Position numbers and translations under genes: made by a program. The notes beneath the pieces were generated by a model, which was not told where the DNA came from, did not search any database, and saw nothing but the letters and a program-made list of their open reading frames with translations. From the IMG/VR virus record IMGVR_UViG_3300028797_000120, positions 1 to 64,000 of that record: a stretch of DNA of 64,000 nt. One strand, written 5' to 3'. Positions 34,688-43,337 of the stretch are shown one piece after another. Numbering within the stretch: position 1 is the first letter of the stretch; the number at the start of each line of letters is the position of its first letter. The DNA comes from an uncultured virus (IMG/VR IMGVR_UViG_3300028797_000120) (taxonomy: Duplodnaviria > Heunggongvirae > Uroviricota > Caudoviricetes).

Positions 34688-36043
34688 TTATACGTCTTTA
34701 CCTATCGCCCCGGCTATCTGAGAGTCGATTACCTCTGCATTGATCTCCCTGCCCCTGTCCTCGATGCTCTGCCTGTCGATGGCAAGCTGGCTGGATATCC
34801 TGCTCTTGATCTCTGCGCTCCTCTCGAGCATCGTCCTCTCGTCCGTGTCGACCGCGACCATCTCGGGCGCCGTGAGGGAGAGGATGCCCATGAGCGCGTT
34901 GACCGTGTCGTCCGCACCGACCTCACCGGAGCCACGGCGGTCCTCGGTGAGCTTCTTCGACTGGGCCGTGTAGGCCGAAAGGATCCTAGCGGCGTCCTCG
35001 TGCCTCATGTCTCCCGTGAACAGGTCGGACAGGAGTCTCCCCGTCGCCGCCTTCCATCCGAGATCCATGGCGTGCTCAAGGCTCCTGTCCGTCATGCCGT
35101 GCGCCTTGCCGTCCCATCTCCAGTAGTAGATCAGGGCGTCATAGCCCATCGTCGCCGCTATCGCCCTCCACACGTCGCTGTCCTTCGCAAGGGGGCGCCC
35201 GTCGCCGATCACGAAGCCGTCGCTGTCCAGCTCCTCGTTCTTCCTCATGAACGTCTTCAGGGGTCCGTAGGGCATAGCCATCCTCTGGATGAGCTGCATC
35301 GATGGGTTGAGGGACCAGTCGTCAATCCTGCAGTTGTAGAAGAGGCGCTCGTAAGCCTCGATCGCGGGACGTGCGCTCTGGATTCCGATAAGGTCAAGGG
35401 TAATCACGTCCATGTCTATGCCCGTCAGGAGGAGGGGCTCTATCCTTTTCCTCATCGCTGCCTCGCTCTCCCTCTCGTAGTACCATCTGGAAGCGAGGCG
35501 TACCGGGACGCTCTCGTCGGATATGCAGGATCCCTGCGACTCGTCGTTATACATGACGACCATCCTGGCTATCCAAGGATCGGATGCGAACGGCCTGTAG
35601 GATGCGTCCGTGTCGAACGGAGGGATCGCCCTGCACGTTGTCTCCACAACCGTGCCCGCCGGCGGCTGTTTGGATCCGTTTTTATTTTTCCGGCCCTTTC
35701 TGTGGGCTGATGCCGTGTTCTCTGGTGATGCGTGCGTTTCAGAAGGGATTTCTGACCTCTCCGGGGGGTCTTCGTTTTTGGGGTGTACTGTAACGTTTTG
35801 GTCAAATACCCCCCCCGTTACGGTACGCCCCTCCTTCGGGGGGTCTCCGGAGGGGTCTTTTTCGGCGTTTGTTACTGTACGGGTTACGGATATTCCGCCT
35901 GTTTTCGCTATGCTGTCCAGATCCCCCGCGTTTCTCGCTCCTGCCGAGAAAAGGTAGCCCGCCACGATCGACCTCCAGGCCGGGTTGAACTGGCACGGGT
36001 CGTCAAGCGGTGTCACGACTTCGCCTGTATCTGGGAGTAACAT
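34688..36043 (-). CDS. Hypothetical protein with a low-complexity internal linker
   Basis: 451-aa ORF; residues ~50-135 look disordered and are encoded by compositionally odd DNA. Confidence 0.7.
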   Translation of the reverse strand: MLLPDTGEVVTPLDDPCQFNPAWRSIVAGYLFSAGARNAGDLDSIAKTGGISVTRTVTNAEKDPSGDPPKEGRTVTGGVFDQNVTVHPKNEDPPERSEIPSETHASPENTASAHRKGRKNKNGSKQPPAGTVVETTCRAIPPFDTDASYRPFASDPWIARMVVMYNDESQGSCISDESVPVRLASRWYYERESEAAMRKRIEPLLLTGIDMDVITLDLIGIQSARPAIEAYERLFYNCRIDDWSLNPSMQLIQRMAMPYGPLKTFMRKNEELDSDGFVIGDGRPLAKDSDVWRAIAATMGYDALIYYWRWDGKAHGMTDRSLEHAMDLGWKAATGRLLSDLFTGDMRHEDAARILSAYTAQSKKLTEDRRGSGEVGADDTVNALMGILSLTAPEMVAVDTDERTMLERSAEIKSRISSQLAIDRQSIEDRGREINAEVIDSQIAGAIGKDV

Positions 36044-36052
36044 CTGGTCTGG

Positions 36053-36367
36053 TCAGGGCGTTCTTCTGTTCTTGTTCGTCGCGCCGTGCGCTTCGTGCGC
36101 CTTGTTCCGGTTGTCTCCGACAGATCCGCAGTAGATCGACACGACCTCGTCCCAGTCGTCGTCACCCCGTTTTGAGAAACCCCATATGTCCTTACGGAGT
36201 CTCGCGAGGATGGCTGAAGGCTCACCGTCACGCCCCCTGACGATGACGGCGCTTGCGTCCGGAGAGTCCAGAAGTACGTCGGAAGGCCCGAGCCCGAGCA
36301 CCATGACCCCTCCCTCGGCGGAAGGAGGGGCCTTTTCGGGAACGGTCTTTGATGCCCCCTGTGTCAT
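36053..36367 (-). CDS. Hypothetical protein
   Basis: Start MTQGASK in ATGA overlap with the metacaspase stop; GGAGG RBS. Confidence 0.55.
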   Translation of the reverse strand: MTQGASKTVPEKAPPSAEGGVMVLGLGPSDVLLDSPDASAVIVRGRDGEPSAILARLRKDIWGFSKRGDDDWDEVVSIYCGSVGDNRNKAHEAHGATNKNRRTP

Positions 36368-37284
36368 TTGAAAGCCTCCATTCCCGTGAACAGGGCGCCG
36401 AGCGACGTCTGGACGGGGTGTTGGTCCTTCTGCTCCCTCTGGACGTCCGAGTAGACGAGGGTCCACAGGCCGTCATACGATACTCCGGGCTTCCAGTTTC
36501 TGACGACGGCCCTTGTCATCACCCCGCCGGCCGAAGCGCCGTAGGAGAACTCGGCCTCCCTGCAGCCGCTCCAGCACAGGATCCTGGAGGAGACGGCCCT
36601 TCCCGAGGAGTCCACGGAGAGGGCGCCTGCCTGGACGAAGTCCGAAGGGTCGAACGTGAATCCGGACGACCACATGACGCACCTAGCGGAGAGCGCCCTG
36701 GCGTCCCCTCCCCGGATGGCCGATAAGTCCGACGCCACGCTCCTGTAGAGCGTCGCCGAATGGCATGCGTCGAAATAGAGGAAGACACGTCCCTTGCAGG
36801 AGCTCACGATTTCCCATATCTCGTCGTCCAGCATGTGCGTGTCGTAGAGGCACAGGTACTCGTCCTGCCTGTCGGCTCCGTCGGGCTCCTTCCCTCCGAG
36901 ATACTCCTGACCGCCGTGTCCGGAGTAGAAGAACAGGAACAGGCCGCCCTCCTGGGTCGATGACACGCCGTTCCTGAGCATTTTCTCGACGTTTGCCTTT
37001 GTGGCCTTCTCTGACACCAGGGTGTCGCCCGTGTACCCGAGCCCGTCCATGATCGAGGACAGGACCTCTGCGTCCTTTTTGCATCCCGGGCACGAGCCGA
37101 ACCGGGCCGACCTCTCCATCCCGACGCAGAGGTATGTCGCCGCGGCGTTAGTCCTGGACGACCACCATCCGGGATCCTCGCCGCATTCCCCTTCGCACGT
37201 CTTTCCCCTGCATCCGGCCAAAGAGACGGCGATCGCAGCAGCGGCCGACGCGGCCGAGGCGAGTGTGAGAACAGAAACTTTCAT
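36364..37284 (-). CDS. Metacaspase/caspase-family (C14) peptidase, predicted lipoprotein
   Basis: FLFFYSGHGGQ and YFDACHSAT catalytic dyad motifs, DEYLCLYD, WSGCRE; N-terminal hydrophobic stretch ending LAG-C lipobox. Confidence 0.88.
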   Translation of the reverse strand: MKVSVLTLASAASAAAAIAVSLAGCRGKTCEGECGEDPGWWSSRTNAAATYLCVGMERSARFGSCPGCKKDAEVLSSIMDGLGYTGDTLVSEKATKANVEKMLRNGVSSTQEGGLFLFFYSGHGGQEYLGGKEPDGADRQDEYLCLYDTHMLDDEIWEIVSSCKGRVFLYFDACHSATLYRSVASDLSAIRGGDARALSARCVMWSSGFTFDPSDFVQAGALSVDSSGRAVSSRILCWSGCREAEFSYGASAGGVMTRAVVRNWKPGVSYDGLWTLVYSDVQREQKDQHPVQTSLGALFTGMEAFK

Positions 37285-37328
37285 TCCATATCTCCCTTCG
37301 TTTTTTCTGTATTACAACCGCGGGCGCG

Positions 37329-37700
37329 TCATGCGTCCGCGCAAGACGACGTATCGGCTGGATCGGAGGACTGAGAGGCGGACGACCCATAGCCGGTCTC
37401 GGAAAGGAGCCCAGGGCTCGCGTAGCCCCTGTCTCGCTTGCCTCCCCACGTCGTCAGGGACCTCAGCCTCCACTTCCTGCACGGCGGGTCGAGCGAGTTC
37501 TCCTTCTTCTCCTCGATCCCGCACCTGAACTCGCAGGTCGTGCAGATCCTTTTCGGGCAGAACCCGGGGCATCTGCTCATGAGGCCCCTGGACCCGATGA
37601 CGCTCCCGTCCCCGTCCTTCCAGGCGCAGACGGCGGACACCGTCCCCCGGCTCGCAAGGACGGACCTTCTCCTGTAGTGTACGCACCACTGGCATGTCAT
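37329..37700 (-). CDS. Cys-rich hypothetical protein
   Basis: CQWC..C..CPGF and CTTC..C..C..W units. Confidence 0.55.
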   Translation of the reverse strand: MTCQWCVHYRRRSVLASRGTVSAVCAWKDGDGSVIGSRGLMSRCPGFCPKRICTTCEFRCGIEEKKENSLDPPCRKWRLRSLTTWGGKRDRGYASPGLLSETGYGSSASQSSDPADTSSCADA

Positions 37701-37746
37701 ACCTTACCCTCCATCTCCACTATTTTACAATATATTGAAATCGCCG

Positions 37747-38097
37747 TCAACCGGAGTCCGACTTGCCGGACTTCATGCGTCTATGAGACTTCCCGACGGA
37801 GGCCCTCCCGCCGGACCACAGGGGGCATTCCGACGCAGACTTTCGGACGTCCAGCGTGCACGCGCCCTTCCTCGCCGGCGTGACGCCGTCGGCGAAATAC
37901 TCTCCCCTGGACCAGTACCGGCAGTTGGGGCAGCTCCGCCTCAGGGAGAAGTCTGGGCATGTCTCCCTGCTGTACGGACGGGGCTCTCCCATCCTCTGGC
38001 TTTTCGGCGTGAACCTTACGCCCGCGTGCTGCGGGAGGGAGCACCTCCCGTACCTGCTCCCGTCGTAGCGTAGGTGCGAGCACCGGTGGCAGTCCAT
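37747..38097 (-). CDS. Cys-rich protein with two CxxCxY/W..GxC..CPxF/W units
   Basis: CHRCSHL..GRC..CPDF then CPNCRYW..GAC..CPLW. Confidence 0.6.
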   Translation of the reverse strand: MDCHRCSHLRYDGSRYGRCSLPQHAGVRFTPKSQRMGEPRPYSRETCPDFSLRRSCPNCRYWSRGEYFADGVTPARKGACTLDVRKSASECPLWSGGRASVGKSHRRMKSGKSDSG

Positions 38098-38351
38098 CAG
38101 AACTCCCCTTTCACTCCGACGGATACGAACACGTCCTTCGGGCCTCCCTCGCTGTCAGGGGTCCGCACCTTCACGAACGGCCTCACGCGTGGGCGACCTT
38201 GGCCAGCCTTGACCATCTCAAGGGATTCCGGGGACGGTGGAGAGTCGGCGTCAAGGCTCCTGGGGAGCCTGGAGGTCGGTCCGACGATACGACCGGGACC
38301 TGTGCTTTCCTGTCCAGCGCTTCCACGGGCGCCACTGTTTTCTCTTTTCAA
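38097..38351 (-). CDS. Hypothetical protein
   Basis: 84-aa ORF abutting both neighbours. Confidence 0.5.
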   Translation of the reverse strand: MKRENSGARGSAGQESTGPGRIVGPTSRLPRSLDADSPPSPESLEMVKAGQGRPRVRPFVKVRTPDSEGGPKDVFVSVGVKGEF

Positions 38352-38352
38352 G

Positions 38353-39429
38353 CTATTTCCTCCGTCCGCTCCCCTTCTGGACCCTCCTTGGAGGGTCCGG
38401 GGTCGGCTCCCTGTGGAGCTTCAGGATGAGCCTCCTCCTGAGCTCGGCCATGAACAGAACGGCCTCCTGGGCCGTTATCTCGCACGAGGACATGTCGTCC
38501 AGTATCTCGGACTGTGATTCGTAAGGCTTTATCCTGCCGAACGCTATGTCCTCCTCGATGTCCGAGACGCAGGAGTACGGCCTCGCCTTCCTCCTCGTGA
38601 ACCCAGCGTCCTGGACAGGCGAATTTCCCCCCGCGTCGGCGGCGCCGCATTTCGCTTGCGCAACGGGGGAAAGCGCTTCTGTTTTAGCTTCGTCCGCCGC
38701 CGCGGGGGAAACCCTAACGTCATCCTCATGCCCCTTCCTGGGGCACTGTGCCTTCTGCTGGCGCCTCTTCGGCTCCCAGTCCATCAAGAAGCCGCCGAAA
38801 AGCGACGGCTGGTTATCCGACAATTCCCTCGCCTCGGCCCTCCTGCGCTCGGCGTTGGACATCCTCCTGGGGGACGGATCCGGGACGCACCCGGCCATGC
38901 TCTCGGCTTCGGATATGCAATCCTCCGCGCCGTCGCAGAACCCCGGATGGAGGTATGTGCCCTTCAGGGAATCCCTGGACTTCAGGACAAGCAGGCGTAT
39001 CTTGAACGAACGCATGTCCCCAAGCAATACCGCCCTCCTGAACCTGTGGGTCGCGTACGACGCGACCTTGTCTCCGAAGAGGTCGCTGGCCAGGTCCTCG
39101 CAGATGGACGAGACCGACTCCTCCCAGTCAGTCAGCTGAGGAGGCTGGTAGAGACCCCTTCCAGAGTTCGCCCTTCCCCTGGACACGGCGGAGCGCATGG
39201 CCGAGAACCACCTGGAGTAGATGTCGGCTGCGGCCCTCAGTAGCCTGTCCGCGTTCGACCTGGCCCTCGTCACGCCGAACATGTCCGGGTCGTCGTCCAC
39301 GCACTCATCGGTACTCGGATCCGCAGGAGGGGGACCTCCCCCGCCTACCGTCCAAATATCGGCGGCCGTCATCCCGGCCGCCAAGCGCCTCTCCTCTCCG
39401 AGGCCAGCGCACGCCATCTCCGCGCCCAT
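38353..39429 (-). CDS. Hypothetical protein
   Basis: 358-aa ORF, GAGGAGG RBS. Confidence 0.6.
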   Translation of the reverse strand: MGAEMACAGLGEERRLAAGMTAADIWTVGGGGPPPADPSTDECVDDDPDMFGVTRARSNADRLLRAAADIYSRWFSAMRSAVSRGRANSGRGLYQPPQLTDWEESVSSICEDLASDLFGDKVASYATHRFRRAVLLGDMRSFKIRLLVLKSRDSLKGTYLHPGFCDGAEDCISEAESMAGCVPDPSPRRMSNAERRRAEARELSDNQPSLFGGFLMDWEPKRRQQKAQCPRKGHEDDVRVSPAAADEAKTEALSPVAQAKCGAADAGGNSPVQDAGFTRRKARPYSCVSDIEEDIAFGRIKPYESQSEILDDMSSCEITAQEAVLFMAELRRRLILKLHREPTPDPPRRVQKGSGRRK

Positions 39430-39463
39430 TCCAAAACCCTCCTCAGCTTATCCGCGACACGGG

Positions 39464-40612
39464 CTACTCTACGTCCTGACGCGCTTCGTCCTCCGGCGCT
39501 GCGTCCTCCCCTGACTGCTCGCCACCGAAATCCCCTCCCGCGTCAGCGAGCCTGATGAATCCGACGAACGAGAGCCCGCCGGCTATGGGGAGGTCGAACC
39601 TCGATCCCAGGAAGATCACCGGGTCGTCCACGTACCGCTTCCCGTCCATCGTGTAGGACATCAGGAGCCTGGCGGTGGGCTTGGGCGTGATGGTGGCCGA
39701 TCCGAACTTCGAGACTACCGTGATGCACGGGGCGGCGTGATAGACCATTATGGCGTCGAAGCTCATCTTCGTCCCGTCGATTTCGAAGGTAACGGGCGTG
39801 CTCCCGCTGATCCACCTTGTGAACGCGGACTCGTCCACGGAGGATGTCTTGTCAAGCGCGTCCTGCGCCTTCGCAGAGGCCGCCGAAGCGGTCACGATCT
39901 CGGACACGCGCCCCTGAAGGTCAGAGAGCGTCCGCTCGATGCCGTCGAACGAGATGCCGAGCCTCCTGTACAGGTCGTCGCGGAACTCCTCGAACTGGGA
40001 AACGCTGACAGCCCCCGACGCTTTCCTGGGCTTCTGCTGAGCGGGGACGCTTTTCGCCACGCCGTCTTTGGGCCCTTCCTTCCATGCGCCGGCCTGAGGG
40101 TTTTCAGGTAGGGACGTCCCGTCCCCGCCCTCGAGCCTGTGCCCGTCCTCTGACCAGGCGCTCTCGTGGTTGATCCGACCGTTCTTCATGTCCTCCACCC
40201 TCCTGACGGCGGCCGCCTCCCGGACGGCCCTGTCCTCCTGGCTTTCATCATGGACGCCGGAACCGGACTGGCTGTCCTGGCTGACGGGCCCGTTACCCAC
40301 GATCGGGACCCGCGCGCCGATGTCGTCATCGTCGTCGTAGTCCTCCGGACGGTCGGGTACCGCCTTCCTTCCCGGTTTTTTCATCTGGGCCTTTCGGAGG
40401 CTATAGAGGCTGAGCACGTCGTCTCCGTCGACGGTCACGTATCCCGTCTTGTGCTTCCGCCTCGCGACCTCCTTGTCGGCCCTCTCCTGTGGACCGGGAA
40501 GCGGGGGCTTTCCCATGGCCCTTCGCCTTCTGTTCTCCTCCTCAAGGTCCTCAAGCTCCTTGGCGAGCCTGTCGGCCTCCATCATGATCGACCCCATGTC
40601 CCTTTCAGACAT
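39464..40612 (-). CDS. Hypothetical protein
   Basis: 382-aa ORF, charged N-half, beta-rich C-terminal domain. Confidence 0.65.
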   Translation of the reverse strand: MSERDMGSIMMEADRLAKELEDLEEENRRRRAMGKPPLPGPQERADKEVARRKHKTGYVTVDGDDVLSLYSLRKAQMKKPGRKAVPDRPEDYDDDDDIGARVPIVGNGPVSQDSQSGSGVHDESQEDRAVREAAAVRRVEDMKNGRINHESAWSEDGHRLEGGDGTSLPENPQAGAWKEGPKDGVAKSVPAQQKPRKASGAVSVSQFEEFRDDLYRRLGISFDGIERTLSDLQGRVSEIVTASAASAKAQDALDKTSSVDESAFTRWISGSTPVTFEIDGTKMSFDAIMVYHAAPCITVVSKFGSATITPKPTARLLMSYTMDGKRYVDDPVIFLGSRFDLPIAGGLSFVGFIRLADAGGDFGGEQSGEDAAPEDEARQDVE

Positions 40613-40621
40613 CCGAACCCC

Positions 40622-41359
40622 CTATTTCCTCGACTTGCGTTTCTTTGACGTTTTCTCCTGCGCCGCGCCGCCGGCCTCCATCTCCCCGTTCTGCCTGAGG
40701 ACCGCGCCAAGCCCAGTCTCAGCGAGCTCGCGCTCCTTCTCCGCGGCGAGCCTGTCCATCTGACCCGAGCGCTCCGGAGCCTCGGGGACGGGGAGCTCAG
40801 TCTCCGCCTTGGCGCGCTCCGCGCCTTTGGCCATGTTCGCGCCGATCGGGTCCAGGGCGAGATTCTGGTCAAACTTTGCCCGTCCGGACGCGATCCTCTC
40901 GTTCTCGGCGATGATGTCCTCGAACCCGGACTTGATGACGTGCAGTGAGTCCGGCCCGCCGACTCCACGCCTGCGCTCTTCCGTCTCACCGTTGATGAGG
41001 GCCTCGCGCCTGGCGCCATCGGCGTTAGCCTTGCGCACGCGCTCGAGATGCTCGGACTGGAGCTTCCTCGCGCTCTCTATCGCCCGTTTCTCGCCAGTCG
41101 GGTCGCGCCTGATCTCGAGCGGGATGACGCTGGGGTCGAACTTCTCGCCCATCTCGTTGAGGTCCATGAGCCGCATGATAAGCCTAGCTTCGGTGTCGTT
41201 GAGTATCAGGCCTATCTCGTTCCTGCCCCCGCAGGCGTCGCACACGCTTTTCAGGGCGCTCTCAAGGTCCCTGTACGTGTCAGGCGTGGTCCTGCCGGGC
41301 CTCATGTTTCCCATGCTCGACAGGTAGATGTTCCGCGTTGTCATGTTGACGAATCTCAT
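40622..41359 (-). CDS. Hypothetical protein
   Basis: Probable start MRFVNM at 41359 (AAGGAAGG RBS); the ORF extends to 41431. Confidence 0.6.
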   Translation of the reverse strand: MRFVNMTTRNIYLSSMGNMRPGRTTPDTYRDLESALKSVCDACGGRNEIGLILNDTEARLIMRLMDLNEMGEKFDPSVIPLEIRRDPTGEKRAIESARKLQSEHLERVRKANADGARREALINGETEERRRGVGGPDSLHVIKSGFEDIIAENERIASGRAKFDQNLALDPIGANMAKGAERAKAETELPVPEAPERSGQMDRLAAEKERELAETGLGAVLRQNGEMEAGGAAQEKTSKKRKSRK

Positions 41360-42332
41360 TGCTGACCTTCCTTGTTTCGTCCTTCCGGACTTCCTGGCCG
41401 TTTTTGCCGTTCTGTCTGTTCTTGTCTTCACTGCACGCGTCGCTCCCCGGCCCGGAAGACGACGGGCAGGGGGATGACGAAGAGACGCTGTCGGCCAGCT
41501 GCTGCTGCGTCATCTTGGTGGATGGCGAAGGAAGGCCCGACTCGTTAGCCTCCCTCATGATGCGCAGGGCCGACGCGACGAAAGCGGTCGCCTTCTCGGC
41601 GCTGAACCCAACGCTCCCGAAGAATCCCGACTCCGCGCCGGCCGCAGCCCTTACGGATCTCCTGGCCAGCATGGGTAGCAGGGGGCATGACCCCGTGTCG
41701 AACAGGAGGGAGGTCAGGGTGTACACCACCGGCGTCGCATCCCGCTTCCTCACGGCGTACAGGAGCCTCCTCCTCCTGCACTGGGGGTTCCACGACAGGA
41801 ACCCTTCCTCCGCGGAGCTCTCCGCTATGGCCCTTTCCATGACAGGCATGACGGCGTCCTCTGCGAACGATCCCGACGGCTCGGACACGAACCTGGCCAT
41901 GGCGATCTCGTCGGCGAGCGAACGCATGGCCTTCCACACGTCCCTGGCGAACGACTGTTCGCTCGAGTCCGCCCGCATGGACAGAACCGCCGAGACGAAC
42001 GAGGCCGCGTTCCTGGCCCCCTCAGTGTCGAGGTTGAGCCTGTCCCCGGCCTCCCACGCCCTCCTCACGGACACCGCCGCGGGTATGATCCTGTCCTGGG
42101 ACACGCATCCCCTGTCGAACAGCTCGGCGACGGCCGACACCGACGGCATCCAGATCGCCGGGTCTTTCGACGCGGACAGCCTCCTCTCCTCGCTCTCGCC
42201 GCACTTTGACCATGTGACGACGTAAAACCCAAGGCCAGGGTCGAGCGTTATCCTCGCCGGCATCCGCTCGAACCTGAACGCGGGACGGCGCCTTTCGCCT
42301 CCCGTTCCGCTTCCTCCTGACGACACTGTCAT
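41280..42332 (-). CDS. Hypothetical protein
   Basis: ATGA overlap with the upstream stop at 42329. Confidence 0.55.
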   Translation of the reverse strand: MTVSSGGSGTGGERRRPAFRFERMPARITLDPGLGFYVVTWSKCGESEERRLSASKDPAIWMPSVSAVAELFDRGCVSQDRIIPAAVSVRRAWEAGDRLNLDTEGARNAASFVSAVLSMRADSSEQSFARDVWKAMRSLADEIAMARFVSEPSGSFAEDAVMPVMERAIAESSAEEGFLSWNPQCRRRRLLYAVRKRDATPVVYTLTSLLFDTGSCPLLPMLARRSVRAAAGAESGFFGSVGFSAEKATAFVASALRIMREANESGLPSPSTKMTQQQLADSVSSSSPCPSSSGPGSDACSEDKNRQNGKNGQEVRKDETRKVSNEIRQHDNAEHLPVEHGKHEARQDHA

Positions 42333-43012
42333 TCCCCCACGGACACGCATACCATGACTGTGAAGACGCAGCCGCTCTCATCCGACAAAGGCCCCAAGGG
42401 ACTGACCGTCATGGGATTTAAGCCGAGAAAGCGGCTCCGGCGACTTCCGGGACCCTCGTTCCGGATCCCATCAGGCACGGCACGGGCAGACCCTACGTCA
42501 CCGCAAGAGTCTCCGGATCCCCTCGACCACTTGCTTAGATCGACACCGAGCCTGTCCTTTATGTAGTCGAAGATGATAGGCTTCCACCCCGACGAAACGG
42601 AGCTATCGTGACCGATGACGTATTGGGCGACATCCAGCGCCCACTTGACGAGAACCGAAAGGAGGAGTTTCCTGATATACGACTTCTCGGCGCCTTCCGC
42701 GCCCCTGTCGTCCCCGGAGAGGTCGATTCCGTTTTTCCTCGCCGTTAACTCGACTACGTCTATAACGCTACTGCCCGACTTCTCGCACGCGTCCAGGAAA
42801 CCATCGATATCCTCCTGGCTGACATAGCACTCTTCTTTTTTCTTCGAAAACTCCTTTATGGACTCTTCGGCAAGGCCCCTGCCGTATTTTCCTATCCTGT
42901 CGGAAAAGGAACCGTCCTTGTTGCATTTTCCCCAACCGCACCCGGAGGAGCATCCCTCTTTCTCACCGTTACCCATATTCATCAATCCTTTCGTTCCGAT
43001 GCGCAAGTACAC
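42329..43012 (-). CDS. Hypothetical protein
   Basis: 227-aa ORF, first gene behind the promoter at 43026; start uncertain. Confidence 0.55.
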   Translation of the reverse strand: MYLRIGTKGLMNMGNGEKEGCSSGCGWGKCNKDGSFSDRIGKYGRGLAEESIKEFSKKKEECYVSQEDIDGFLDACEKSGSSVIDVVELTARKNGIDLSGDDRGAEGAEKSYIRKLLLSVLVKWALDVAQYVIGHDSSVSSGWKPIIFDYIKDRLGVDLSKWSRGSGDSCGDVGSARAVPDGIRNEGPGSRRSRFLGLNPMTVSPLGPLSDESGCVFTVMVCVSVGE

Positions 43013-43025
43013 ATCCGTCTCTAGT

Positions 43026-43037
43026 ATTATACCACAA
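43026..43037 (-). promoter_or_regulatory. Extended -10 promoter TTGTGGTATAAT
   Basis: In an AT-rich gap just downstream of a strong terminator. Confidence 0.7.
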
Positions 43038-43082
43038 TATTGTCACAATATGTTTTCTTTTTGAGAAAAATGTCCAATAGCT

Positions 43083-43111
43083 AAAAAAAAGGGCCGGGTT
43101 CCCCCGGCCCT
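43083..43111 (-). terminator. Intrinsic terminator closing the early-gene arm
   Basis: AGGGCCGGG-GGAA-CCCGGCCC followed by T8. Confidence 0.9.
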
Positions 43112-43139
43112 CCTAAGGCGCGAACGCCGATATCCGCCC

Positions 43140-43337
43140 CTACTCCTCCGGACGGAGTTTGTAGGACGCATGGATCGAATCCGATATGCACCCAAGCGCC
43201 GAGTAGAGCGCGGACATGACATCCCTCTTGGCGTCGGTGTCAAGCGGGCCTCCGCTGATCCTGGACGCGGCGCTCTCGACGGCCCTCTCGGCATCCCTGA
43301 GGTCATTTTCGAAAGCGTCAACTTCCTCGTTTGTCAT
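43140..43337 (-). CDS. Hypothetical protein
   Basis: 65-aa helical ORF. Confidence 0.5.
   Translation of the reverse strand: MTNEEVDAFENDLRDAERAVESAASRISGGPLDTDAKRDVMSALYSALGCISDSIHASYKLRPEE

Noticed and set aside
42350..42430. Weak likeness of LNPMTVSPLGPLSDESGCVF to the T4 gp23 VQPMxxPxGxIF motif
   Set aside because: Too short and degenerate to support a call
1..43000. Portal, small terminase and tail gene assignments
   Set aside because: No ORF showed motifs I could recognise; needs profile searches
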